From the NCBI GenBank assembly GCA_036012755.1, contig DASCPX010000129.1, forward strand, positions 103,010 through 167,009: 64,000 nt of DNA, in the 5' to 3' direction. Under the pieces are notes generated by a model. It did not search any database. It was not told the origin of the DNA and saw only the letters and a list, made by a program, of their open reading frames with translations. Shown one piece after another: positions 48,270 to 57,263 of the stretch. Position 1 is the stretch's first letter. The number at the start of each line of letters is the position of its first letter. Position numbers and translations under genes: made by a program. The DNA is from Myxococcota bacterium. GTDB lineage: Bacteria; Myxococcota_A; UBA796; CAJQPC01.

Positions 48270-48787
48270 GGAAACTCCTGGATTCTCTCGGGCACCTCGG
48301 CGAGGAAGCCGAGGACCGCGACGCCGAAGGTGACGGCGAGGACAGCCTCCGCGTTGGCGGGGGTGATGCCGCCGAGGGCGAAGACTGGAATGCCCAGCCG
48401 ACGCTGTGCCGCCTCCAGCCCTTCGAGCCCGAGGGTGGGTCTGTCGTCTTCGGGCTTCGAGGTGGGTCGGAAGACGGGACTCAACAGCACGTAGTCGGCC
48501 CCGGCGTCCTCGGCGGAGAGCGCCTCCTCGAGGGAGTGCGTGGAGACACCGAGGAGTCCCTCGTGGGCGCGCCAGGCCCCGATGTCCTCGCCGCTGGGCA
48601 GGTGAAGCCCACAGCCGGCCACCGGGGCGTCCGGGCAGCGGAGGTGCACGATGTGACCGGCGGCGAGGTGAGCCACCGGGACCTGCTCACGGATCAGGGC
48701 GGGCCGTCCGACCGCCGAGAGCCAGTCCCGGAGCTGTCCTCGGCCAGGCGAGATCGGTAGGATCCGCCTCATCATCTGGAGCGGCAT
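48263..48787 (-). CDS. thiE: thiamine-phosphate synthase
   Basis: GVSTHSLEEALSAEDAGADYVLLSPVFRPTSKP...IPVFALGGITPANA matches the ThiE core. Short N-terminus. Confidence 0.8.
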   Translation of the reverse strand: MPLQMMRRILPISPGRGQLRDWLSAVGRPALIREQVPVAHLAAGHIVHLRCPDAPVAGCGLHLPSGEDIGAWRAHEGLLGVSTHSLEEALSAEDAGADYVLLSPVFRPTSKPEDDRPTLGLEGLEAAQRRLGIPVFALGGITPANAEAVLAVTFGVAVLGFLAEVPERIQEFPC

Positions 48788-48796
48788 CCCGGCAGT

Positions 48797-49576
48797 CTAC
48801 CCGCGGCCGATGAGCCCCTCGATGGGCGAGGACGCAGTCGCGTAGAGCTTCTTCGGGATGCGGCCGGCTTCGAAGGCCATGCGCCCGGCCTCGGTCGCCG
48901 CTCTCATCGCGCCAGCCATCTTCAGGGGGTCCTTCGCGGCAGCGATGGCCGTGTTCATGAGCAGCCCGTCGACCCCGAGCTCCATCGCGATGGCGGCGTC
49001 GCTGGCGGTCCCGACCCCGGCGTCCACGATGACCGGGACCTTCGCCGCGTCGAGGATCAACGCCAGGTTGTAGGGGTTTCGGATGCCGAGACCCGAGCCG
49101 ATGGGCGCCGCCAGCGGCATGACGGCCGCGCAGCCGATGTCCTCGAGCTTCCTGCAGACGATCGGGTCGTCCAGGCAGTAGGGCATCACGGTGAAGCCGT
49201 CCTCGCAGAGCACGCGAGCGGCCTCCAGGGTCCCCTCGTTGTCGGGGAAGAGCGTCTTCGGATCTCCGATGACCTCGAGCTTCACGAGCTCTGTGCCCAA
49301 CAGCTCCCGCGCGAGACGGGCCGTGACGATGGCCTCTTCCGCCGTGAAGCAGCCCGCCGTGTTGGGCAGGATGAGGATCCTGTCCCGATCTATGAAGTCC
49401 AGGATGTTGTGGCCCTTGGCCGCCGTGAGGTCGACCCGGCGCACCGCGATGGTGACCATGGCCGTCCCAGTGGCCTCGTGACAGGCCTGCATCTCAGGAA
49501 AGTCCTTGTACTTTCCGGTGCCTACGATGAGTCGCGAAGAGAGGGTGTGGGAGCCGATCTGGAGCATGGCGCGCAC
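48797..49576 (-). CDS. thiG: thiazole synthase
   Basis: [11 protein letters not shown]...LPNTAGC...[14 protein letters not shown]...[14 protein letters not shown] are ThiG signatures along the full length. Confidence 0.9.
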   Translation of the reverse strand: MRAMLQIGSHTLSSRLIVGTGKYKDFPEMQACHEATGTAMVTIAVRRVDLTAAKGHNILDFIDRDRILILPNTAGCFTAEEAIVTARLARELLGTELVKLEVIGDPKTLFPDNEGTLEAARVLCEDGFTVMPYCLDDPIVCRKLEDIGCAAVMPLAAPIGSGLGIRNPYNLALILDAAKVPVIVDAGVGTASDAAIAMELGVDGLLMNTAIAAAKDPLKMAGAMRAATEAGRMAFEAGRIPKKLYATASSPIEGLIGRG

Positions 49577-49586
49577 CTAACGCGGC

Positions 49587-50370
49587 TCAGAGCTCGGTGA
49601 CGTTCACCCGGGTCGCGAAGCTCCATCCCGAATCCGCCGTCAACGACGCCGTGCCGCTGTAGACATCGCTGGTGCCGTAGCCCCCCTGGACCGTGAGATC
49701 CCGTACGTCCACCTCGATGTTCTCTCCGTCCACCTCGATCACCGTGCCGAGGTCTCCGCCATCGAGGGTCACGCGCATCGCGTCACCGCTGTCGCTCTTG
49801 ACGACCACGCTGCCCGAAAACAGCAGGTTCACGTAGAAGGTGCCGTCGCAGAAGACCAGCTCGCCCTCATCGCTGAAGGTCGCCGTCGCCGGGGCGTCTG
49901 CGGTCCCTGTCAGGGCCGCGGTCTGGTCCGTCGGGCTTCCGTCTGTGTCGAGCCAGACCGCCGTGTTCGTGTCGACGTCTTCGTCGCAGTCATCCGGGTT
50001 GTCCGCGTAGCCGGGGCAGCTCACAGGCGCTCACGGTGCCCTCGCCCCCGTAGCCGTCTCCGTCGCTGTCCTCGTAGTAGGTCGTGCCGTCGATGGGGTC
50101 GTCGTCCGGCACCCCGTCACAGTCGTCGTCGATGTCGTTGCAGATCTCGTCGGCGTCGGGGTTCACCAGCTCCCTGCCGTCATCGCAGTCGCTGCCGTCG
50201 CTGAGGTAGCCGTCGGGCATCTCGCAGTCGTCGTTGGTCGTGTCGGGATCGCCGAAGCCGTCGCCGTCAGCGTCGGCGTACCACTCTACGGCGCAGCCGA
50301 CGTCCCCGCTGTCTCCCGAGTCGGTCCCGGGTGGTGTCTTGGTGCAGGCGAGAGCCAGGACAACGAGCAT
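49587..50370 (-). pseudogene. lipoprotein with D/C-rich 'putative metal-binding motif' repeats, split by a frameshift at a 4-nt homopolymer
   Basis: Two track ORFs (49990..50994 C-terminal part, leader MLVVLALAC; and 49587..50024) join into ...GTVSACELPGYADNPDDCDED... if one C of the coding-strand CCCC run (plus-strand GGGG 50013-50016) is removed. That restores the repeat motif C.(M/L)P.GY...(S/P)DCD(D/E). Confidence 0.65.
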
Positions 50371-50433
50371 GTTTCCGCCGTCGGCGGGAGGGTACTCGGC
50401 CCGTGATAGGGTCGCGCGCTTCCAGAGGTTCCC

Positions 50434-52203
50434 ATGGTCCAGCGGCCCTACGCCGAGCTGTCCTTTCCCGGCATCGCGCTGGGGGTGATCCAGGGCATCC
50501 TGATGACCGCCGCCTTCGTCTACATCGCGCTGAAGCTGGGCTTTGGCCTTGGTGGTTCGACCGTCGCAGCGATCATCGGCTTCACCTTCCTCCGCGGCGC
50601 GCTGCGGCGGAAGTCGATCGTCGAGAACAACATCAACCAGACGGTGGCCTCCGGTATCAACACCGCCTCGGCGGGTGTGGTCTTCACCCTGCCGGCGCTG
50701 CTGTTGCTCAGCGTCGACGACCCCAGCCTCCGTGACTTCCCGATCGGTCCGCTCATCTTCGCGGCGGTCGCCGGCTCGCTGATGGGCATCGTGCTCATCA
50801 TTCCGCTGCGAAAGCAGATGATCGAGTTCGAGCGCCTGCGCTTCCCGAGCGGGACCGCTGTCGCGACGCTCTTGCGCTCTCCTGGAGAGGGCCTCGCCCA
50901 GGGCATCCTCTTGCTCGTCGGAGCCTTGCTGGCCCTGGGGCTCACGGTGCTGGTGAACATGGCGTTCATCCCAGAGGAGATCGACATCGGGCACGCCTTG
51001 GAGCTGCCCGCCTGGCTTCCCTTCGCCCTCTACATCTCCGCGGCCAACTTCGGCGCCGGGCTGCTCTCCGGGAAGGGCGGCCTGCCCTTTGCCCTCGGCG
51101 GGGTCCTGGCCTGGTGGATCATCACGCCCATCGCCGTGTCCTCCGGCTGGATCGACCCTCCGGCGACCATGGCCGCAGCGGACGTCGCGGTCTGGCAGGC
51201 GGGCGAGGCATACAGCCAGATGCTGAGACCGCTGGGCATCGGCATGCTCATCGGTGGTGCCCTCGCGGGGGTCGCCTCCGCGTTGCCGGCGGTGAAGGGT
51301 GCGTTCCAGTCCCTCCAGGCGGCCGCGAAGCTCGCCCGGGACAAGGGCGTCTCACCCGACGAGATGTCGCCCAAGCTGCTCGCCGGCGGGGCCGTGGGAG
51401 CCTTCGTCCTGCTGTTCATCGCGTCGATGCTCGCCAGCGGCCTCGGGCCTGCACATTCCTTGATGATCGCCGTCGTTGCGGCGCTCTGGCTCGGCCTCGC
51501 CGGAGTCATCGTCGCCACCGCGACCGGGCACACGGACATCAGCCCGCTGTCGGGCCTGGCCCTGATCGCGGTCACGCTGATGTACTTCCTGACCGACGGC
51601 AACGTGACCGCTGCGATCCTCATCGGCGTCTCGGTCTGTATCGCGACGAACCAGTGCGCCGACATGATGAGCGACCTCAAGACGGGTCACCTCGTCGGCG
51701 CCACTCCGCGCAACCAGCAGATCGCCCAGCTGTTGTTGTGCTGGCTCGGCCCGCTGGTCGCCATCGGCGTGCTCTTCCTCCTCTGGGAGATGCCAGGGGA
51801 CGGCTCCCCGGGCTTCGGGCCGGACTCGTTGGCCTGTATCGAGGAGACCGCGGACTGCCTGCTGGCCCCTCAGGCTGGCGCGCTGCAAGGCATGATCGAG
51901 GCCCTGCGCGACTCCGACGCCGCCGTCGACAAGTACATCGGCGGGACCGTCATCGGCGGCGCGCTGAGCGTCTTCCCCATCGGCGGCGTCGCGGTGCTCG
52001 TCGGGCTGGCGATGTACCTGCCCTTTTCGATCACCCTGGCCTATGGCGTCGGCTGCGTGCTCGCGATGGCGCTCCAGAAGTACATGGGTCGGGCCTTCAT
52101 CGGCAAGAAGCTCGTCCCCTTCGCGGCTGGCCTCATCGTCGGCGAGGCGCTCACCCAGCTCGCCTGGTCCATCTACCGCATGGCGACCGGAGGTGGAGAG
52201 TGA
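50434..52203 (+). CDS. OPT-family oligopeptide transporter
   Basis: 589 aa with about 16 TM helices. N-terminus ELSFPGIALGVIQGILMTAAFVYIALKLGFGLGGSTVAAIIGF...NINQTVASG is typical of the OPT superfamily. Confidence 0.85.
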   Translation: MVQRPYAELSFPGIALGVIQGILMTAAFVYIALKLGFGLGGSTVAAIIGFTFLRGALRRKSIVENNINQTVASGINTASAGVVFTLPALLLLSVDDPSLRDFPIGPLIFAAVAGSLMGIVLIIPLRKQMIEFERLRFPSGTAVATLLRSPGEGLAQGILLLVGALLALGLTVLVNMAFIPEEIDIGHALELPAWLPFALYISAANFGAGLLSGKGGLPFALGGVLAWWIITPIAVSSGWIDPPATMAAADVAVWQAGEAYSQMLRPLGIGMLIGGALAGVASALPAVKGAFQSLQAAAKLARDKGVSPDEMSPKLLAGGAVGAFVLLFIASMLASGLGPAHSLMIAVVAALWLGLAGVIVATATGHTDISPLSGLALIAVTLMYFLTDGNVTAAILIGVSVCIATNQCADMMSDLKTGHLVGATPRNQQIAQLLLCWLGPLVAIGVLFLLWEMPGDGSPGFGPDSLACIEETADCLLAPQAGALQGMIEALRDSDAAVDKYIGGTVIGGALSVFPIGGVAVLVGLAMYLPFSITLAYGVGCVLAMALQKYMGRAFIGKKLVPFAAGLIVGEALTQLAWSIYRMATGGGE

Positions 52204-53108
52204 AGAAGACCATCGCTTTTCTGATGCTCTTCGTCGGGCTCGGCGTCGCGGCTGCGTCGGGCTCGCGGAACGGAGAGAGCCACGCGGCCTACCGGATCGC
52301 GCTCACGGAACTCCCAGGGGTCGAGGCCTCCTTCGTCGAAGTCGAGGCCCAGGCCACCGGCATCGAGGAGGAGGAGGAGCAACTTCGAGAGGATGTCTTC
52401 CAGATCCAGGCCGCCTGGCGGGCCGAGGACGACGCCGAGCGGACCCTCGCCGAGGAAGAGGGCCGCGAGTTCGTGGCCCCGGAGCGAGAGGACCCCTTCA
52501 CCGCGCGACGCGAGGATCTCGCTGCCCGAAGTGCGGACGTCATGCAGCGCTACGACGAGCTCGCCGAGCGCAAGGCGACCCTGGAAGCGGCCTCCCTGCC
52601 CGAGCCCGCCCAGCGGCTGTCCGAGTGGTTCGCGGTCGGAGGTGTCGGCTGGATCGTCGGCCTGGTCTTGATCGCGGCGGGCGCCGTGCTCGCGCGGCGA
52701 CAGATCGAGGCGGAGAATCGAGGAGAGACCACGGGAAGCGACGAAGACTCCGTCGACTTCCTCGTGAACCTCCAGAAGGTCCAGGAGCGCCTCGAGAAGC
52801 TCAGCGAGGACATCGCGGAGCTGCCGATGGACGATGACGCCCCGGCGGCCCGCCAGTTCATCGACGACACTTTCGACGAGCTGATCATGCCCATAGTCGA
52901 CGCTCGCGGCCGCTACTCGGCTCGTCACGGCGTCGGGGTCTTCGCCAGCTACTTCGGCGCTTTTGCCGGCGGGGAGCGCAACCTCTCCCGCACCTGGTCC
53001 GCCCTCACCGACGGCCACGCGGAGGAGGCGCGGGCCTCTCTGGTCAAGGCGCGTGACGCCTTCGCGGAGGCTGAAGACGCCTGGAACGAGGCCGAGGCCA
53101 AGGGCTAG
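52200..53108 (+). CDS. hypothetical membrane protein with acidic coiled-coil regions, 302 aa
   Basis: GTG 52200 forms a GTGA overlap with the OPT stop. Signal/TM KKTIAFLMLFVGLGVAAASG and a second TM VGGVGWIVGLVLIAAGAVL. Confidence 0.6.
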   Translation: MKKTIAFLMLFVGLGVAAASGSRNGESHAAYRIALTELPGVEASFVEVEAQATGIEEEEEQLREDVFQIQAAWRAEDDAERTLAEEEGREFVAPEREDPFTARREDLAARSADVMQRYDELAERKATLEAASLPEPAQRLSEWFAVGGVGWIVGLVLIAAGAVLARRQIEAENRGETTGSDEDSVDFLVNLQKVQERLEKLSEDIAELPMDDDAPAARQFIDDTFDELIMPIVDARGRYSARHGVGVFASYFGAFAGGERNLSRTWSALTDGHAEEARASLVKARDAFAEAEDAWNEAEAKG

Positions 53109-54076
53109 AAGCAGCTCCCCCACTGCCGGCCTGGTGCGTCGGACTCGACCGGGGGGAGCGTATCGAGCACCCTGGCGAGCCTCTCCGTGATGAGCGTCCG
53201 ACCCTGGCGAGTGGCGTGCCAGTCACGGCTCAACGAGTCCGCCGGCAGCGTCTCGGTGCTGAAGTCGACGAGGTCGACGGGCTGCTCCGACCACCAGGCC
53301 CGGGTGGGGGCGAGCTCGTCCTCGCAGTGGAAGTCGCCGCGTCCGGCGGGTAGGACGACCACGAGCCGGGCGTTGGCATCGAGGCTCCGTTGCACCAACA
53401 GCGGCATCAGGCTCTCGTCCAACGAAGCCCGGGTCGGCCAGGGCTCCGGGGCCGGCTCCCGTCCGACGGGGTCTTCCAACAGGCGAGGCGCCTCGTTCGG
53501 GCCGATCTCCTCGGCGAAGAGGCGCTCCGTGGCGGGCCCCACGATCGGCCCTTCCTTGTGCAGACCGAGGATTGCCTCGGCCGGCGTGTTCGCGATGCCC
53601 TCGACGACCTGCCGTCGCAGGGACACCCGGTTCCGCAGGGCGAGCTGCAGGGCGGCGTTGTCATCGGGCAGAGCCCGCCCCGTGAGCTCCGGATCTGCGC
53701 TGCTGAGGAGTTGCAGGAGCGCCTCCTGGTCGTCCGGATCGTCGAGCACCACGTCGTCCATGCTCTGGGGCGAGACATAGAGCACGACACGGTCGAGGTC
53801 CCGGGCCCTCTGCAGGACCGCGATCCAGTGCGCGGGGCTGGCGCCGCTGACGGATCCAGCGGTGGCGCCGAGGGTCCGGGGATCGAGGCCCGCCTGGGTC
53901 ACGGAGTTGCCGATCAGCAGGACGGGAGCTGGCCCCTCGAGGCGGCCGATCAGGGGCCCGGTCCTGGGGCTGGTCGGCGTGTCGACCCCCTGAAGCAACA
54001 TCGCGCCGATCCCTACCACCAGGAGCGGCAGCCCGACCGACAGGGCGATCTCAGAAGCGGAAGTAGATGAAGTCAC
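53105..54076 (-). CDS. membrane-anchored periplasmic protein, putative partner of the MBOAT (SGNH/DltD/AlgJ-like role)
   Basis: N-terminal TM. VLLIGNSVTQAG (GxS block-I-like) and C-terminal SRDWHATRQGRTLITERLA (Asp/His block-V-like). Overlaps the MBOAT 3' end by 26 nt. Confidence 0.5.
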   Translation of the reverse strand: MTSSTSASEIALSVGLPLLVVGIGAMLLQGVDTPTSPRTGPLIGRLEGPAPVLLIGNSVTQAGLDPRTLGATAGSVSGASPAHWIAVLQRARDLDRVVLYVSPQSMDDVVLDDPDDQEALLQLLSSADPELTGRALPDDNAALQLALRNRVSLRRQVVEGIANTPAEAILGLHKEGPIVGPATERLFAEEIGPNEAPRLLEDPVGREPAPEPWPTRASLDESLMPLLVQRSLDANARLVVVLPAGRGDFHCEDELAPTRAWWSEQPVDLVDFSTETLPADSLSRDWHATRQGRTLITERLARVLDTLPPVESDAPGRQWGSCF

Positions 54077-55442
54077 GTGCCGTGTCGCGGGAGAAGAGGA
54101 AGATGGCGAAGACCGCCAGGCCCCAGAGCGTGGTCACCACGGGGGTCAGGTGAGGGCGGGCCCAGAGCCGGCGCAGCCAGCGGCCGCCCTCGCTGCCACA
54201 GAGCAGCACCAGTCCGCCGCCGGCGCTGATCGAGAGCACGACGACGGCGCCGACGAGCTCCTCCCACGAGCCGGCGAAGGGGTTCCGTACGAGGTGGCCG
54301 GCCAGGGCCGGGAGTGAGGTCTCTCGGAAGATCAGCCAGCCGACGCAGGTGAAGAAGAACATCGACACCACCGCCGACATCCTGCCGAAGCGACTGGCGA
54401 CAACGGCGGCCGGCACGCGCCTCGAGAGGCTGCGGTAGAGCATCAACAGCGCAGCGTGGTAGCCGCCCCAGATGACGAAATGCCAGGCGGCGCCATGCCA
54501 GAGTCCGGACAACAACAGCGCCCCGCTGGTCGCCAGCGCGGTGCGCATCGGGCCCCGGCGGGAGCCTCCGAAGGGCACGTAGACGTACTCGTGGATCCAG
54601 GACGAGAGCGAGATGTGCCAGCGCTTCCAGAAGTCCGAGGGGCTGGTCGCACGGTAGGGGTTGTCGAAGTTCCGGCGCAGCTCGAAACCCAGCATGCGGG
54701 CCGTTCCGCGGGCGATGTCCGTGTAGCCGCTGAAGTCCGCCAGGATCTGCACGGCGAAGCCGATGGTCGCGGCGTGCACCAGCCAGCCTCCAGGCTCCTC
54801 CATCGCGAAGACCCGGTCGGCGTAGAGGCCCACCGTGTCTGCCACCACGACCTTCTGCACCGCTCCCCAGAGCGCCAGCGTCAACCCGCTCGCGAAGCGC
54901 TCGCCCGACAGCTTCCGCGGGCTCTCGACCTGTGGCAACAAGTCTCGAGCGCGCTCGATGGGCCCCGCGACGAGCTGCGGGAACATGCAGACGTAGGTCG
55001 CGTAGTCCAGCAGATCCCGGCGCGGCTCGACCTTTCCCCGGTAGACATCGAAGGTGTACGACATCGTCTGGAAGGTGAAGAAGCTGATGCCCACCGGCAG
55101 CAGGATGCCCAGCGTGCTCGGCGTGCCGAGGCCCAGGGCGGCGACGTTCTCGAGGAAGAAGTCGAAGTACTTGAAGACACCGAGCAGACCGAGGTTTCCG
55201 GTCAGGCTCAGGGCCAGCAGCCACCTCTTGTGGTCCGGGTGGCGCCCCATCGCAAGGCCCACCCCGTAGTCGAGGAAGGTCGAGAACAGGATGAGCAGGA
55301 CGAACCAGGGGTGGACCCAGCCGTAGAAGACCAGCGACGCCGACAGCAGCACCGCGTTCTGGGCGCGTCGGTGGCGGACCCCCCAGAAGACGACCAGGAC
55401 GGCGGCGAAGAAGACAGGGAACTGCCACTGGACGAAGCTCAC
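54051..55442 (-). CDS. MBOAT-family membrane O-acyltransferase (AlgI/DltB/PatA-like)
   Basis: FPVFFAAVLVVFW..., FFTFQTMSYTFDVYRG, and the catalytic-His region SPSDFWKRWHISLSSWIHEYVYVPFGGSR. Confidence 0.9.
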   Translation of the reverse strand: MSFVQWQFPVFFAAVLVVFWGVRHRRAQNAVLLSASLVFYGWVHPWFVLLILFSTFLDYGVGLAMGRHPDHKRWLLALSLTGNLGLLGVFKYFDFFLENVAALGLGTPSTLGILLPVGISFFTFQTMSYTFDVYRGKVEPRRDLLDYATYVCMFPQLVAGPIERARDLLPQVESPRKLSGERFASGLTLALWGAVQKVVVADTVGLYADRVFAMEEPGGWLVHAATIGFAVQILADFSGYTDIARGTARMLGFELRRNFDNPYRATSPSDFWKRWHISLSSWIHEYVYVPFGGSRRGPMRTALATSGALLLSGLWHGAAWHFVIWGGYHAALLMLYRSLSRRVPAAVVASRFGRMSAVVSMFFFTCVGWLIFRETSLPALAGHLVRNPFAGSWEELVGAVVVLSISAGGGLVLLCGSEGGRWLRRLWARPHLTPVVTTLWGLAVFAIFLFSRDTARDFIYFRF

Positions 55443-55487
55443 GCGGCGCCAGACTACTCCGGGCCGGGCGCTCTCCCGATTGCGCGT

Positions 55488-56003
55488 CTACTCGTCGTCG
55501 CTCGGGCGTGCTCCCGCGTGCTTCCACCACTCCTCGATATTGCCAAGGTGGCGCTGGAACGCGAACGCCCCTGTGGCCAGGAGCAAGTCGGTGTAGTGGA
55601 GGTGGGACGTGAAGTCCGGCAGCCCCTGAGTCAGCCCCCAGAATGACCACTGTTCGGATCTGCTCGATCCGGCGAACTACCCGAATCTGGTCGGAGCCCG
55701 CGAGTAGGAGCGCTGTCTGCCAGCAGCCGAACAGGCTCCAGACCATCCAACCAACGCAAAGAGCAACCACCGCCTCCTGGGGCCACGCTCGGATGGAGTC
55801 TTCGATGTCGATGTCCCCTGGCGCGCCTGTTGCGAGCACCCACGCGCCCTCGAACCCCAGAGCATCAGAAACCAGGGGAAGACGAGCACGCGCGCGAGAA
55901 CCAACCACCTCCACCCATCGAGCAGGGCGAACCGCTGGGCCCGTCGCTCGGGCTCCCGGAACCGTGCGACTGTCAAGAGGTGCGTGTGGAAGCGTGTCAG
56001 CAC
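55488..56003 (-). pseudogene. possible decayed small membrane-protein gene spread over three reading frames
   Basis: Protein-like, TM-containing segments occur successively in three minus-strand frames: MLTRF...WRWLVLARVLVFPWFLMLWG; AWVLATG...AVVALCVGWMVWSLFGCWQTALLLAG; WSFWGLTQGLPDFTSHLHYTDLLLATGAFAFQRHLGNIEEWWKH, ending at TAG 55488. The local GC looks lower by eye; I did not count it. Confidence 0.25.
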
Positions 56004-56175
56004 ACGACGACGCTACATAGTGCCGGATGGCAGTCCGTCAAGATGGCCGGTCTGCGGTGATCCGGCGGTCGAGGGACATGATCAGCAGTGGCCTTCCCGC
56101 GTGGGGTGAGTTCGTTAAGGAAGCCATCTTCTGCCAGGTGCCGAACCGACAACACCACGAGGTGTCTCTCTCAGC

Positions 56176-56757
56176 ATGTTCATAGCACTCATTTCCTTGG
56201 TTCACTCCGCCGAGCCTGCCCTCGCCGACGGAGATCTCGTCTTCCAGCGCTCCCGCTCGGACCAGGCCGCGGCCATCGCGCTCGCGACCGGGTCGCCGTG
56301 GACCCACATGGGCGTAGTCTTCCTCGTCGACGGCGAGCCGATGGTGCTCGAGGCCGTCCAGCCGGTGAAGTGGACACCCTATTCGGCGTGGGTGGCTCGA
56401 GGAGTCGACGGCGAGGTCCACGTGAAGCGGCTGAAGGAGCCACCGGACGCCGAACAGATCGCGGCCATGCGGACCCTCGGCGAGTCCTGGGTGGGCCTCG
56501 ACTACGACCTCGCCTTCGGCTGGAGCGACGATCGGATGTACTGCTCGGAGCTCGCGTGGAAGCTCTACGACCGAGGCGCCGACGAGCAGGTCGGTGAGCT
56601 GGCGCGCTTCGGTGACCACGCGCTGGAGCACCCGGAGGTTCGCCGGAAGCTGGAGCAGCGCTACGGGAAGGACCTGCCCCTCGCGGAGACGGTCATCAGC
56701 CCGGGGGCGATGTACGACGATCCCGATTTGACCCTGGTCCTGCCCAGCGCCGAGTAG
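56176..56757 (+). CDS. YiiX-family permuted papain/NlpC-P60-like enzyme
   Basis: GDLVFQRSRSDQAAAIALATGSPWTHMGVV followed by the catalytic-Cys segment RMYCSELAWKLY, which is the permuted order typical of YiiX/DUF830. Confidence 0.7.
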   Translation: MFIALISLVHSAEPALADGDLVFQRSRSDQAAAIALATGSPWTHMGVVFLVDGEPMVLEAVQPVKWTPYSAWVARGVDGEVHVKRLKEPPDAEQIAAMRTLGESWVGLDYDLAFGWSDDRMYCSELAWKLYDRGADEQVGELARFGDHALEHPEVRRKLEQRYGKDLPLAETVISPGAMYDDPDLTLVLPSAE

Positions 56758-56760
56758 GCG

Positions 56761-57201
56761 CTACCAGCGGGGGCGACCCGGCACGCCGCCGACGTACTCC
56801 GCGCTGTGGCCTTGGAAGCTGCTGACGATCGGGGTCGAGGCCAGGCCCCCCCAGGTGCGCGCGACGGGGACCAGCAGCAGGGCGGCGAGGGTGGCCAGGG
56901 CCAGCCATGAGCGCCGCTTCGCGGGGCGCCAGCCCTTGTGGACTGCGCGCAGACCCATCGCGACGACACAGGCCCCGTTGAGGTGTTCGTGAACCCGTCG
57001 CCCGAAGACCCCAAGGGCGAGCACGTGACCGGCGAGGTTCAAGCGTGCGCGGTTGGTAACAGCGATGAACGCGAGCGCGGCGATGGCCGGGATCGGGTCT
57101 ACGACCCAGTGGCCCGCGGGTTCGTAGAGGAAGCAGCCGCCGGGACGGCTGACGATCGCGAGTGAGTCTGTCCACTCCCACCAAAGGTATGAGGGTCCCA
57201 T
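56761..57201 (-). CDS. hypothetical membrane protein, 146 aa
   Basis: High GC3 in this frame and 3-4 hydrophobic segments. Lies downstream of the radical SAM gene on the same strand. Confidence 0.45.
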   Translation of the reverse strand: MGPSYLWWEWTDSLAIVSRPGGCFLYEPAGHWVVDPIPAIAALAFIAVTNRARLNLAGHVLALGVFGRRVHEHLNGACVVAMGLRAVHKGWRPAKRRSWLALATLAALLLVPVARTWGGLASTPIVSSFQGHSAEYVGGVPGRPRW

Positions 57202-57204
57202 GTG

Positions 57205-57230
57205 CCGATCGACCGCCGGTCTACGATCGG
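57205..57230 (-). promoter_or_regulatory. intercistronic hairpin between the radical SAM gene and the downstream membrane-protein gene
   Basis: CCGATCG-N12-CGATCGG (7-bp stem) ends 3 nt before start codon 57201. Confidence 0.3.
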
Positions 57231-57263
57231 GTTCGACAAGAACGTGTAGAGTCGCCTGGGCCG

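Noticed and set aside
49577-49586. Expected TPP riboswitch and thiS upstream of thiG.
   Set aside because: Only 10 nt separate thiG from the preceding gene. No THI-box-like sequence (CUGAGA...ACCUGA) was seen nearby.
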